Positions 1 to 9,789 of a DNA stretch of 64,000 nucleotides are shown one piece after another (positions within the stretch are counted from its first letter, which is position 1; the number at the start of each line of letters is the position of its first letter). A program made the position numbers and the translations under genes. The notes below the pieces were generated by a model that was given only the letters and a program-made list of their open reading frames with translations, had not been told where the DNA came from and did no database searches. The DNA is from an uncultured Selenomonadales bacterium (lineage in GTDB: Bacteria > Bacillota > Negativicutes > Selenomonadales > Selenomonadaceae): contig OMYB01000005.1 of the NCBI GenBank assembly GCA_900315155.1, positions 11,284 through 75,283 of the forward strand, read 5' to 3'.

Positions 1-1
1 C

Positions 2-784
2 GTGCCGTCCATCTGCAGCCTGCTCACGAAGCTCGCGAAACCGGAAGACATGGCTTCCGTGAAGTACGTCATCTCCGGCGGTGCGCCGCTGCCGGTGCAG
101 ATCGAGAAAGAGTTCAACGCGAAGTTCGGCGTCGATATCAGCGAAGGCTACGGCCTGTCCGAGGCCGCTCCTCTCGTCACGCTGACGAAGCCGGGCCATC
201 CGGTCGCCGGCTCCATCGGCACAGGTCTGCCGTACCTCGAGTACAAAATCGTCGACGCGCAGGGCGATCCGGTCCCTGTCGGGGAGCCGGGTGAGCTCGT
301 CATCCGCGGCGGCAACGTCATGCTCGGCTACTGGAATCTCCCGGATGTCACGAGCGACGTACTGCGCGGCGGCTGGCTGCATACGGCCGATGTCATGAAA
401 GTCGACGAGAACGGCTACTACTTCATCATCGACCGCATCAAGGACATGATCATCAGCATGGGTGAGAACATCTACCCGCGCGAGGTCGAGGAGCTCATCT
501 ACCAGTTCCCGGGCATCGATGAATGCGCGGTCATCGGTATCGAGGACAAGATCCGCGGCCAGGCGGGCGCCTGCTTCTACAGCGTCCGCGAAGGCCAGAC
601 GGTCGAGATCCGCGCGCTGAAGAAATTCCTGCAGAAGAACCTCGCCCTCTTCAAGATCCCGCGTGAGTTCCACCTGCTCGACAAGCTGCCGCGCACGACG
701 ACGGGCAAAATCACCAAACGCCAGATTCTCAAGGACTTCGAGGAAGAGAAAAAAGCGAAGGCAGCTGCAAAGAACGACAAATAA
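2..784 (+). CDS. AMP-dependent acyl-CoA synthetase/ligase, C-terminal part (5' end lies outside the window)
   Basis: The ORF is open to the window edge. It carries adenylate-forming enzyme motifs (GYGLSE, GELVIRG, WLHTADV, LPRTTTGKI). Confidence 0.85.
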   Translation: MPSICSLLTKLAKPEDMASVKYVISGGAPLPVQIEKEFNAKFGVDISEGYGLSEAAPLVTLTKPGHPVAGSIGTGLPYLEYKIVDAQGDPVPVGEPGELVIRGGNVMLGYWNLPDVTSDVLRGGWLHTADVMKVDENGYYFIIDRIKDMIISMGENIYPREVEELIYQFPGIDECAVIGIEDKIRGQAGACFYSVREGQTVEIRALKKFLQKNLALFKIPREFHLLDKLPRTTTGKITKRQILKDFEEEKKAKAAAKNDK

Positions 785-833
785 AAATAGCCGGCCGCCC
801 TCGGGCGAACCAGCTAAAAAAATCCATAACCCA

Positions 834-1412
834 TCAGTTTCCGGTCCTGGCACCCTGCCAGGGCCGGAATTTTTTATAGTCGATACCAAAGCGTTTGAGG
901 ACTTTGCCGATGATGTGGTCGATCTGCTTCTCGACGGTATCGGCTCCGTTGTAGAACGTGAGCATCGGTGGGATGATTGTGCAGCCGTAATCGGCGGCCT
1001 GCGCGAGGTTGTGCAGATGCAGGCGCGACAGCGGCGTCTCGCGAGGTACGAGGACGAGCCGGCGATCCTCCTTGAGGCAGACATCGGCCGCACGCAGCAG
1101 CAAATTGGTCGAGAAACCGTTCGCGATGCCGGCAACCGAAGCCATGCTGCAGGGCATGACGATCATGCCGTCCGTCTCGAAGGAACCGCTCGCGATGGTT
1201 GCGGCCAGGTCCTTGATGTCGTAGCTGTAATCCACCAGAGCGCGGACCTCATCGAGGCTGAGCTCCGTTTCACAGGCGAAATTACGCGCCGCGCCCTCCG
1301 TGATAACGAGATGCGTCTCGATATCCGGGACGCCCTGCAGGACCTGCAGCAGCCGATACCCCATGATGACGCCGCTGGCGCCGGAAATGCCGATGATAAG
1401 TCTTTTGCTCAA
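834..1412 (-). CDS. ubiX: UbiX/Pad1-type flavin prenyltransferase
   Basis: 192 aa. N-terminus is MSKRLIIGISGASG and there is an MPCSM motif. TTG start with a GGAGG 7 nt upstream. Confidence 0.85.
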   Translation of the reverse strand: MSKRLIIGISGASGVIMGYRLLQVLQGVPDIETHLVITEGAARNFACETELSLDEVRALVDYSYDIKDLAATIASGSFETDGMIVMPCSMASVAGIANGFSTNLLLRAADVCLKEDRRLVLVPRETPLSRLHLHNLAQAADYGCTIIPPMLTFYNGADTVEKQIDHIIGKVLKRFGIDYKKFRPWQGARTGN

Positions 1413-1488
1413 TTCGATTCCTCCGAAGCTCCGTAAATTACCGTAAAAATGTGGTTGAAAGAGTCAATGAATGAAATTCTCCCTGATT

Positions 1489-4359
1489 TCAGGCATGTGC
1501 CGCAAGGAAGGCCTCGTAGTCGGCGCGGCGCATGGGCTTGCCGTAGAGAAAGCCCTGGCCGTACTCGCAGCCGCAACGGCGCAGGAGATCCTCCTGTTCC
1601 GGTGTCTCGATGCCCTCGCAGATGATCTTCATGCCGAGCGCATGACCGAGGTCGATCATCTGCCGCAGGACGATGGCCATGCGTTCCGAGCCTTCCGAGG
1701 TCAACAGCAGCGAACGATCGATTTTCATGACGTCGAGCGGCAGCTTGTTGAGCAGGGAAAGATCCGAGTAGCCGCTGCCAAAGTCGTCCATATCGATGGC
1801 AAAGCCCATGCGGTGCAGGGCATCCACGACGCTGATCGAGTGTCCGACAAGCGAGTCTCCCTGCACGTCGAAGGCCGTCTCCGTCAATTCGAGCTCGATG
1901 CCCTCGGTGCTGTAGGTATCGACGAGGGCCTGCATCTTCGCGAGGTAGCCCTGCTCACGCATGTGCACGCGTGACTGGTTGACCGAGATAGGACGGACGG
2001 GCAGTCCCTTCTCCTTCGCCTCCCGCTGGAACTGCATGACCCGTTCCAGATTGTAGAAATCGAGCTGGGAAATAAAGCCATTCCCTTCAAACAACGGGAT
2101 GAACTTGCCCGGCGACAGGAAACCCAGTTCCTCGCTCTCCCAGCGCACGAGTGCCTCAGCGCCCACACATTGCCTCGTTTCGAGGTTGTATTTCGGCTGA
2201 TACCAGACCTGGAACTCCTCACGCTGCAAAGCGCTCTCCTGCAGGCTCTCCATACGGCTCGTGAGCATCGTATCCTCCTGCAGGGATCGGTTATAGAACC
2301 GGATGGGATCCGCACCATGCGCTGCGAGATTGGCATTGTTGATGGCCGTACGAATATCGGCAGGCGGGTTGTCCAGCGAGCAGATGCCCACCTCCAGTGC
2401 CACACGAACGAGCATATCACCGACCTTCAAGTATTCATTCTGCTTCAGCAGCTTCGTAAATTCTCTCTGGAGCATCTCATGGTCCATCCCGCGGAGCAGT
2501 ATGACGAGTTCCGCGGCCGCCGTGCGGACACCGATGAGTTCTACATGCTCGCGTTGCTTTACTTCACGCGCCAGCTGCTGGAAAAAGCCGATAACCGACT
2601 CGCGCCCATACATGCCGTTGATGATATCGGACCGCACGATATGAACCACTGCAATGAAGTGCGGAATCCCGTCCGACTTCCTCTGTGCCAGCAGGCGCTC
2701 CCCCATACGTTCCAGCCAGTCTGCGTTATGCAGGCCCGTGTGTTGGTCATGATCGATAACGCTCTGCAGCCGTGCCACGTTGCGTTTTTTCATGCGGCGG
2801 TACCGCCAGAAGGCAAGGGCTACGATTGCGGCGATAATGCCCACGCCTCCCATCGCATACTGCGGGTAGGAGTAAAGATAGGACGTGGCAGACCGCTCAT
2901 TGAGTACGCGCTGTGTTTCCTCGGCAAAAAAGCTGTCTGTGATGTTGCGTCCCATATGCCGGATTTCTTTATCCAGGACGCGCAGCAGCACCGGATCCGC
3001 GGTCTGCTGCACACCCATGGCGATGTCCCTCTGCATGGCGATGCGTCCGCTCATGACGAGATCCGGATAGTTGCCACGCAGCAGCTCATACTGGGCCATC
3101 TCCTGACGGACATAGGTGATATCCGCTTTTCCCTGCCGGACGGCCTGCAGGCAGGCCTGGTATGTCGGATATTTCCGGATTTCCCAGCCGGGGAACAGAT
3201 GCTGTACCTGGCTGACGAAACTCGGGTTGTCGAGGGCAGCGACGACGGGCTCCGAGTGGATGCCCGTCCGCCGCGTAACCCCCATAAAGTAGGCGGTCTG
3301 ATAGGGGGCCGTGAGATTCAGGCCCAGTCCGGAACCCCAGTAAGCATCCCATGCCACGTTCATGACGAAATCGCCATCGCCCTCACGCAGCGCCCGGATC
3401 GCTGCATCCTCATTCGAGACGATAAACGGCTCCATCTCAATGCCAAGATCGCCCGCCATGCGGTCTAGGACAACGCGCAGGGCACCGGCGATCTGCCCAT
3501 CATCTCCGACGTAGGCGTAAGGGCGCCCATTGGCGATAACGATGGGACGCAGGGTATGGTGAGCCAGCAGATATTGCCGCTCATCCGGGACAAAGATCAG
3601 CGGGGCACCGCCACTTTCCTCGACGCGCCGCTGATAAATATTCGCCATAAAATCCGGGCGCGCAATCATCAACCAGTCCGATGCCTGGTTCAGCCGGTCC
3701 AGCAATTCCGTATTCCCTTTCTTTACCGTGAAATACAGCAGGGACATGTCGAACTCGGCAGTTGCAGGATATGGGCTCTTGGCACGCCCACTCACGCAGA
3801 AGCCGTCTATGCTCTCGTTGTCATAGGCGAGGACCATCGCATCAAGGTCCGGGAACTCCATCGGTACGAAGCCGGCTCCCTCCCCGTTCATGATCGATGG
3901 CAGGAGCTCACTTTGGTACTCCGAACGTACACGGCCGATGCGTAGAGGCTGTATCTTCCCTACTTCAAAGGTCCCCGTCCCTCCTCGCAGGTACAGGATC
4001 GAGTCCGCATAGCCCATCGGCAGACGGGCATAATCCAGCCGTGTACCGCGTTCCGGTGTATAGGAAAGCCCAGCGAGGACATCGATCTCGCCATTCTCGA
4101 TACGCGCCATATTCTCACTCATGCTGCCTGGCACGAACTGCACCTGCATGCCAGCGTAGGCCGCCAGAATCTGCATGTAATCCGTCTCATTCCTGCGGGC
4201 GACATCGAACCGGTTGCGATTGGGACGCGGCTGCATCTCATACGTCACGCCCACACGCAGGATCGGCTGCTCGGCCAGAGCCGTCCCGGTCCAAAGCAGG
4301 CTGCTCAGTGCCACGCTCATCGCCAGTAAGATACATTTTCCGTTCCATCTCATCTGCAT
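1489..4359 (-). CDS. Membrane c-di-GMP phosphodiesterase: signal peptide, two periplasmic solute-binding (SBP_bac_3-like) domains, TM helix, degenerate GGDEF, EAL
   Basis: 956 aa. EAL motifs are intact (EALVRW, DDFGSGYS, KIDRSL, EGIETPEQ, QGFLYGKP). The GGDEF position reads RTAAAEL. Confidence 0.85.
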   Translation of the reverse strand: MQMRWNGKCILLAMSVALSSLLWTGTALAEQPILRVGVTYEMQPRPNRNRFDVARRNETDYMQILAAYAGMQVQFVPGSMSENMARIENGEIDVLAGLSYTPERGTRLDYARLPMGYADSILYLRGGTGTFEVGKIQPLRIGRVRSEYQSELLPSIMNGEGAGFVPMEFPDLDAMVLAYDNESIDGFCVSGRAKSPYPATAEFDMSLLYFTVKKGNTELLDRLNQASDWLMIARPDFMANIYQRRVEESGGAPLIFVPDERQYLLAHHTLRPIVIANGRPYAYVGDDGQIAGALRVVLDRMAGDLGIEMEPFIVSNEDAAIRALREGDGDFVMNVAWDAYWGSGLGLNLTAPYQTAYFMGVTRRTGIHSEPVVAALDNPSFVSQVQHLFPGWEIRKYPTYQACLQAVRQGKADITYVRQEMAQYELLRGNYPDLVMSGRIAMQRDIAMGVQQTADPVLLRVLDKEIRHMGRNITDSFFAEETQRVLNERSATSYLYSYPQYAMGGVGIIAAIVALAFWRYRRMKKRNVARLQSVIDHDQHTGLHNADWLERMGERLLAQRKSDGIPHFIAVVHIVRSDIINGMYGRESVIGFFQQLAREVKQREHVELIGVRTAAAELVILLRGMDHEMLQREFTKLLKQNEYLKVGDMLVRVALEVGICSLDNPPADIRTAINNANLAAHGADPIRFYNRSLQEDTMLTSRMESLQESALQREEFQVWYQPKYNLETRQCVGAEALVRWESEELGFLSPGKFIPLFEGNGFISQLDFYNLERVMQFQREAKEKGLPVRPISVNQSRVHMREQGYLAKMQALVDTYSTEGIELELTETAFDVQGDSLVGHSISVVDALHRMGFAIDMDDFGSGYSDLSLLNKLPLDVMKIDRSLLLTSEGSERMAIVLRQMIDLGHALGMKIICEGIETPEQEDLLRRCGCEYGQGFLYGKPMRRADYEAFLAAHA

Positions 4360-4482
4360 TGCCCCCCCCGCTCCCGATTCTCCCTATCGGTAGGTATACG
4401 AAACAATCAGGTACTCTTATTATCTGTATTAAACGTATCGCATGGAAATCCTGCCTCCAGCCAAAATAAACCCGCCCCCCGA

Positions 4483-4498
4483 TGTTTCACGTGAAATA
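4483..4498. other. parS-like site, 15/16 match (TGTTTCACGTGAAATA)
   Basis: One mismatch to the palindrome found perfect at four other sites. It lies in the intergenic region upstream of the autotransporter. Confidence 0.55.
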
Positions 4499-4723
4499 AT
4501 CAAACGTATACATCTCGTGATTACCGAGAACCGGTTGCAACAGCTGCCGGAATCTTGGTTCATTCCTTTGTAAATCTATACAAGATGCGTACTTCGTTGC
4601 TGATTCTTGCAAATCCGTATACATTCAATAGCAAAACAGGCACAATCACTATATAGAAAACAATACCGCTGAAAGACAAAAATTCCGACGGCAGGATAGT
4701 ATGAGAGAGAAGAGAGGGATACG

Positions 4724-6910
4724 ATGATGTATCAAACAAACAACAAAATCAACCACAAGCGCCTGGCATTGCTCGTTTCCGGGGCACTCAGCCTGAGCCT
4801 CATCTGCGGGCCGGTTCCTATGCAGACGGCCTGGGCCGCTGACAGCAATGCCGTTGCCACGACGCAGGCTCTGGACCTCTCCCCAACGGCAGTTGCCGTG
4901 GCTCCAGCAGGAGATGGTACCTATCTCCTGACGTATGGCACCGTGGAGAACAGCATCCAGCGTGATATCCCACAGGATCAGCTGCTGGCTGTCGTAAATA
5001 CCCTGTACTCCAAGGGCGCCACGTCTGTCACCCTCGACAAATCGACCTTGGATGCGCTCGGAAACCCGGCTATCACGATTCCACAGGGCAAAGGGCTGCA
5101 GGTCCTGAAAGATGCTACGACGGATAACTACGTTGCCGATAGCTTTACCGCCTATGCACCGGACAATACCAGCGCCACGGTCAAGGTTTCCTACAACTCG
5201 ATTTCCAGTACCACTTCTTCCCCTGTCGAGCTCAAATCCCTGACGCTTGGCTCGAACGACAGCGGCACCACGGTAACAGCGGAGAACATCAAGACGGAAT
5301 ATCTGAACCTGCAGGGCAGCAATACGACGCAGCTGAAGAACGTCACCTCCACCAATCTCTGGGTGCCGTTAGACACGACGGCAAACCTGTCCGGTGTTAG
5401 GGCAGATACGGTTACACTCAAGGCGAAATCCCCATGGGCAACGAACCGGAAAGATGCCGCGCTCACGGGAACGGATACGAAGGATGCCGATGGCAATGTC
5501 ACGACGCCTGCGCTGAAAGCTAACACCATTAAGCTCGGCAGTGCCAGCCAGCTCTCCGGATTGACGATTGCACCAGCAACAGCGGGAGGAACCGTAACGA
5601 TCATCAATACGGAGGGTAACTTTACGGATGATGATAAGGCAGCACTGGAAAAAGTCGTCGCCAATGGCACAGCGTTAACCCTCAAAAGCCTGAACGGCAC
5701 AACCACATCGACAACGGGTACCGGCGCAACGGTCAAGGAAGCATCCACGACGCCGACTCAGCCCACCGAACCAACGAACCCCTCCACGCCAACACAGCCG
5801 GGCACGACAAAGGCACAGGATGCCTATGATGCCGTAGCAAAAACCTACCAGGCTCTCAATCCTTTCGCGCAGGCACTTCCCTCCAAAGAGGAAATAACGA
5901 CGCAGGCGGAACGGATTGCCCAGACGGCGGTCGACAACAGCGAGACTTTATTCGGCCAGAGCACGAAACCCGATATCCAGGCAGCCGTCCAGCAGCGCCT
6001 CAGCGCCTATGCCAATCAGGCTGCCCGCAGTGCAGCTGCTCCCAGCCTGGCAAGCAACCGCACTGCCTTGATCCTGTCGGACGTCTTCACGGATAACACG
6101 CTGGCACGTACCTCCGCACTCCGCGACGGCATCCCTGCATCCTCTGTCAGCAACGCACGCGGCGAGGATGCCGTCTGGGTCGCAATCAAAGGCGGCCAGG
6201 CCGATGTGGATGACAGTGATGTCTATGGCAAGACGAAGGTCAAAGCCACAACGTATCAGTTCGGTTTTGATGTTCCGACCACCCCGAAAGACTATCTCGG
6301 CTTCTTCGTCGGCACCGCAACGGGCTCGGCAGACTACAAGGGCTCGGTGAATGGCTCCATCGATATCAAGAATGCCTTGCAGGGCGGTTTTTACGGCACA
6401 CATCTCCTGCCGCGCGGCCATTATCTCGATTACATCGTACAGGCAGGCACGTTCGACAGCAAGACCAACGGCCAGAGCTGGAGTACCAATACGGTCGGCA
6501 CGGCTCTTACCTACGGGACGAAATACCAGACTGCCTCGAACCTGACCGTGAACCCTTACCTGCGCTTCAAATACGACAGAGTGCTTACAGATGATGTAAC
6601 CTATACTTCTGGCAGCCGCATCCATGTCGATGACCAGAATGTATTCTCTGCAAAAGCCGGTGTCAACCTGCTCAATGCGAAAGGACTTTACGGAGGGCTC
6701 GCCTACAGCCGCGGACTCTCTGGCAGCTATGATGCCGCCGTCAATGGCATAACCCTGCCATCCAGTGATTTCGATACGAATGTCATCTATCTCAGCCTCG
6801 GCTATCGCGGAAACGTCAGCACCAACACTGTGCTCGACCTAAATGTCGAAAAGCTCTGCCTCGACTATAATGGCTGGCACGCAGCAGGCCGTATCGAGTT
6901 CCGCTTCTGA
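4724..6910 (+). CDS. Autotransporter outer-membrane protein (T/S-rich passenger, P/T linker, C-terminal beta-barrel)
   Basis: 728 aa. Long signal peptide ending AWA-ADS, a TTPTQPTEPTNPSTPTQPG linker, alternating-hydrophobic C-terminal roughly 270 aa, and a terminal ...RIEFRF. Confidence 0.8.
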   Translation: MMYQTNNKINHKRLALLVSGALSLSLICGPVPMQTAWAADSNAVATTQALDLSPTAVAVAPAGDGTYLLTYGTVENSIQRDIPQDQLLAVVNTLYSKGATSVTLDKSTLDALGNPAITIPQGKGLQVLKDATTDNYVADSFTAYAPDNTSATVKVSYNSISSTTSSPVELKSLTLGSNDSGTTVTAENIKTEYLNLQGSNTTQLKNVTSTNLWVPLDTTANLSGVRADTVTLKAKSPWATNRKDAALTGTDTKDADGNVTTPALKANTIKLGSASQLSGLTIAPATAGGTVTIINTEGNFTDDDKAALEKVVANGTALTLKSLNGTTTSTTGTGATVKEASTTPTQPTEPTNPSTPTQPGTTKAQDAYDAVAKTYQALNPFAQALPSKEEITTQAERIAQTAVDNSETLFGQSTKPDIQAAVQQRLSAYANQAARSAAAPSLASNRTALILSDVFTDNTLARTSALRDGIPASSVSNARGEDAVWVAIKGGQADVDDSDVYGKTKVKATTYQFGFDVPTTPKDYLGFFVGTATGSADYKGSVNGSIDIKNALQGGFYGTHLLPRGHYLDYIVQAGTFDSKTNGQSWSTNTVGTALTYGTKYQTASNLTVNPYLRFKYDRVLTDDVTYTSGSRIHVDDQNVFSAKAGVNLLNAKGLYGGLAYSRGLSGSYDAAVNGITLPSSDFDTNVIYLSLGYRGNVSTNTVLDLNVEKLCLDYNGWHAAGRIEFRF

Positions 6911-6940
6911 GTTTCTTCTCCCTCCCCCCTGAATATACCC

Positions 6941-6982
6941 AAGGAGGCCCCTATGTTTCACGTGAAACATAGGGGCCTCCTT
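6941..6982. other. Perfect 42-bp palindrome with a parS core (6954..6969)
   Basis: Sequence is aaggaggcccctatgtttcac|gtgaaacataggggcctcctt. It sits between convergent genes. Confidence 0.85.
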
Positions 6983-7003
6983 TAATTCCGAATCGGAATG
7001 GCT

Positions 7004-8075
7004 TTATTTTGCTTTCTGGATGACAACCCGGTCGATTTCCGTGCCATCGGGCAGATAGCAGCAGGTCGTGAGCGTGTCGCCCTCGATTTTGAGCGTGAGG
7101 TAATTGTCCGTTTCCGGCTGGGGGGCGATGACCTGATCGAGGGCGTGGTCCTCCCAAAGGCCGGGATAACGGATATTGCCCGCTACACCTGTGAGGATGT
7201 AGCGCGGGCCCTTGTCGTCATGCCGGCCGCCTTTCAGATGTCCCCGGTCGCGGTAGGTATGCAGGTGCGCCGTATAAACGACATCGACCCCGAATTCCTC
7301 AAAGACGGGCATCAGTGCTTCGCCTGTGCTCGAGATTCCCTCTTTGCGCTCGGGGCGCCGCTTGATACGGTACTGCAGGACGGCGCACCTTCCAATCAAG
7401 TGTATACGTCTCGTGATTGCCGAGGACAGGGGCAAGGGGGATACCCGGTGCCAGCGGTGCGACAGCATCGAACCATGCCTGCCACTGCGTGCTGTCCTCA
7501 CCGTTATCGACGAGATCCCCCATGTTGATATAGAAATCCGCATGAGGCTCTCGCTCCGCTGCCCCCTCAACGAGATGGGTCCAGTCTGTGTAATCGTTTG
7601 ACTGAGAGTCCGGGAAAATCAAAGCCTCGAACGAAGACAAATCTACACTCGGCGTCGTAATTGCCTGCCACTCCCCCGCCCGTCCATTCTCGACGATGCG
7701 ATAGGTGTACTCACTGCCCGGCTGCAGGCCATCGAGCAGGGCTTCGTACTGGTAGACATCCTTTCCGTCATCCGAAAAGGACGCCTCGGACGCCGTCGTT
7801 TTCGTCACGCTGCCCGCCGCATCACGCAGCTCGATGCCCGGCAGTTCCTTCAGCTGTGCCTTCGCCTGCCAAACGATACGCCGTGATGTTGCGGGTGCCT
7901 GCGTCATAATCTGGCGCAGGTTCTGTGCCTCCCCATCCAGCATCTGCGCCATCTCATGCTTCGCCGAACGGCCGAATTTCGTTCCCGCCAGAACAGCGCC
8001 GCCCGCAAGCAGCGCCGCACCTCCAGCCAGGCCAGCAAGGAACGTGCGACGGGAAATAGAATGTGTTTTCATCAT
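7004..8075 (-). pseudogene. Tat-signal metallophosphoesterase (purple-acid-phosphatase-like), frameshifted and probably internally deleted
   Basis: The N-terminal frame (7299..8075) has the RRTFLAG twin-arginine signal and the GDLVDNG and GNHE motifs. The C-terminal frame (7004..~7372) has VDVVYTAHLHTY. The frames switch near 7367-7372. The GNHE-to-GHxH spacing is far too short. Confidence 0.65.
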
Positions 8076-8106
8076 ATAGCTCCTATAGATAGAGAAAGAA
8101 ACTTTG

Positions 8107-8134
8107 CGGATATGTTTCACGTGAAACATATCCG
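8107..8134. other. Perfect 28-bp palindrome with a parS core (8113..8128)
   Basis: Sequence is cggatatgtttcac|gtgaaacatatccg. It lies immediately downstream of the ATPase stop codon. Confidence 0.85.
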
Positions 8135-8137
8135 TGG

Positions 8138-9529
8138 TCATTCAAATAATTCTTTGAGGTCATACATCCGGATATCCTCTCTGGCCTGTTTTGGGGGTTC
8201 GAAGCCGCTTCGCGAGAAGAAGCCATATCGGTAACAGTACAGCCCTGTGGCATTGACCTGTTCGATTTCCGTCTGCATCATCTTAGCCGTGATAGGCGTG
8301 TTACGGAATTTCGCTTCGTAGAAGATATAGCCACGGGGATCCTTTGTCACGACATCGAATTCCCCATTCCGATGTTCCTGTGGCAGATCATAGTAATACT
8401 TGCCAATCAGCTCAAAAGGTTCCTCCAATATCCCCTGACGGTTCTGCCGGACGAGGAACTGTCGGCAGATTTCTTCAAAGCATTTAGGCACGTACGTATT
8501 CTCGAAATCCTCTTCGATGTAGCGATCGTAAAACACCTTCGGGTCCATGACCTGACGCTGTGAAGCGTGGCGAAAGAGATAACGGTAAAAAAATGCCGAC
8601 ATCGGGTCCTGGATGAAATAGCCCGTTTTCTTCCGGTTATTCTCATCATTGATGGGTGCTTCCTTTCGCACAACTTCCATAATCATCAGCCGTTTCAACA
8701 CATTGGTAAGCGATGCACTGCTGTTCAGATGAGACTGTGCAAGCAGATCGTTGAACCGGTGGAACCCTCGGGCCAGCGCATCAAATACATCGTTGGCATT
8801 CGTCATCCTGGAGAGTTCCCCCTGCAGGTAAAATGGCACTTCGCTTTCCAGACGTGCCCCCGGTTCTACCAGCAGCTGCAGAATATTCTCTTTCACACTG
8901 AGCGATGGATCAATCCAACGGTTGTAGTAAGGGATGCCGCCAAATACGCTGTACAGCCGGACTTTATCCTCAGGTGAAAACGATGGATAAAAGGCTGCAG
9001 CCTCATAATAATCCATCGGATGCAGACGGATGGACGCCGAAATACGTCCGTAAAGTGGATTATGTGCCAAAAGCAGCGACTGCATCACCTCGACGAAAGA
9101 ACCGCACAAAATCAGCTTCATCTTCGAGCGGTCAGCATATTTATCGATCAAAGACTGCAGGATGCTGTCCATCCCTGTTACAACCTGCCGCAAATACGGG
9201 TATTCGTCAAGAACCAAAATGAACGGCGCATCGCAAGCCTTTTGGAACAAAAACTCCAGCAGCTGCTCCATATTGGTAAACCCTAGCGGCGGATAGCCAT
9301 CCTCCTCTGCCAAGAGTGTTGAAAGACTGACCACGTTGTTCTGCTCAGAGGTCTGCTTGCAAGCATAATAAATACTCGTTCCAGATTGCTGCCGCAGGAA
9401 ATGTTTGATCAGTTCGCTTTTCCCGACACGCCGCCTTCCATAAATTAGAAGAACTTCCTGCTGATCCCGTGCAGCGATCTGATTCATTTTTTGCAGTTCC
9501 TGTTTTCTTCCGATGAAATCCATCTTCAT
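8138..9529 (-). CDS. AAA-type ATPase of the archaeal-ATPase/DUF234 family
   Basis: 463 aa. Walker A is GRRRVGKS and Walker B-like is LVLDEYP. The gene is AT-richer by eye than its flanks. Confidence 0.8.
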   Translation of the reverse strand: MKMDFIGRKQELQKMNQIAARDQQEVLLIYGRRRVGKSELIKHFLRQQSGTSIYYACKQTSEQNNVVSLSTLLAEEDGYPPLGFTNMEQLLEFLFQKACDAPFILVLDEYPYLRQVVTGMDSILQSLIDKYADRSKMKLILCGSFVEVMQSLLLAHNPLYGRISASIRLHPMDYYEAAAFYPSFSPEDKVRLYSVFGGIPYYNRWIDPSLSVKENILQLLVEPGARLESEVPFYLQGELSRMTNANDVFDALARGFHRFNDLLAQSHLNSSASLTNVLKRLMIMEVVRKEAPINDENNRKKTGYFIQDPMSAFFYRYLFRHASQRQVMDPKVFYDRYIEEDFENTYVPKCFEEICRQFLVRQNRQGILEEPFELIGKYYYDLPQEHRNGEFDVVTKDPRGYIFYEAKFRNTPITAKMMQTEIEQVNATGLYCYRYGFFSRSGFEPPKQAREDIRMYDLKELFE

Positions 9530-9789
9530 CCCTCTTTACTTCAATATTTTTTACTAAATTATTTTAAGTAAAGTATATCATAGTAAAGCATAACCGTCTA
9601 GGCTTTTTCCTCCGCATCAATACACAAATTCGTTATTCTCAAGCGCAAAGAACCGTGTTTCCGTTTCCTTTATATAATTGTCCAAAAACATTTCCTTTTC
9701 CTTGTCCGCCTCAACATTGACTCCCCCCCCTCCATCGGCATACGATAGAGATATATCGATTTAAACCGTAGGGATAAGATTAGGGGGAA

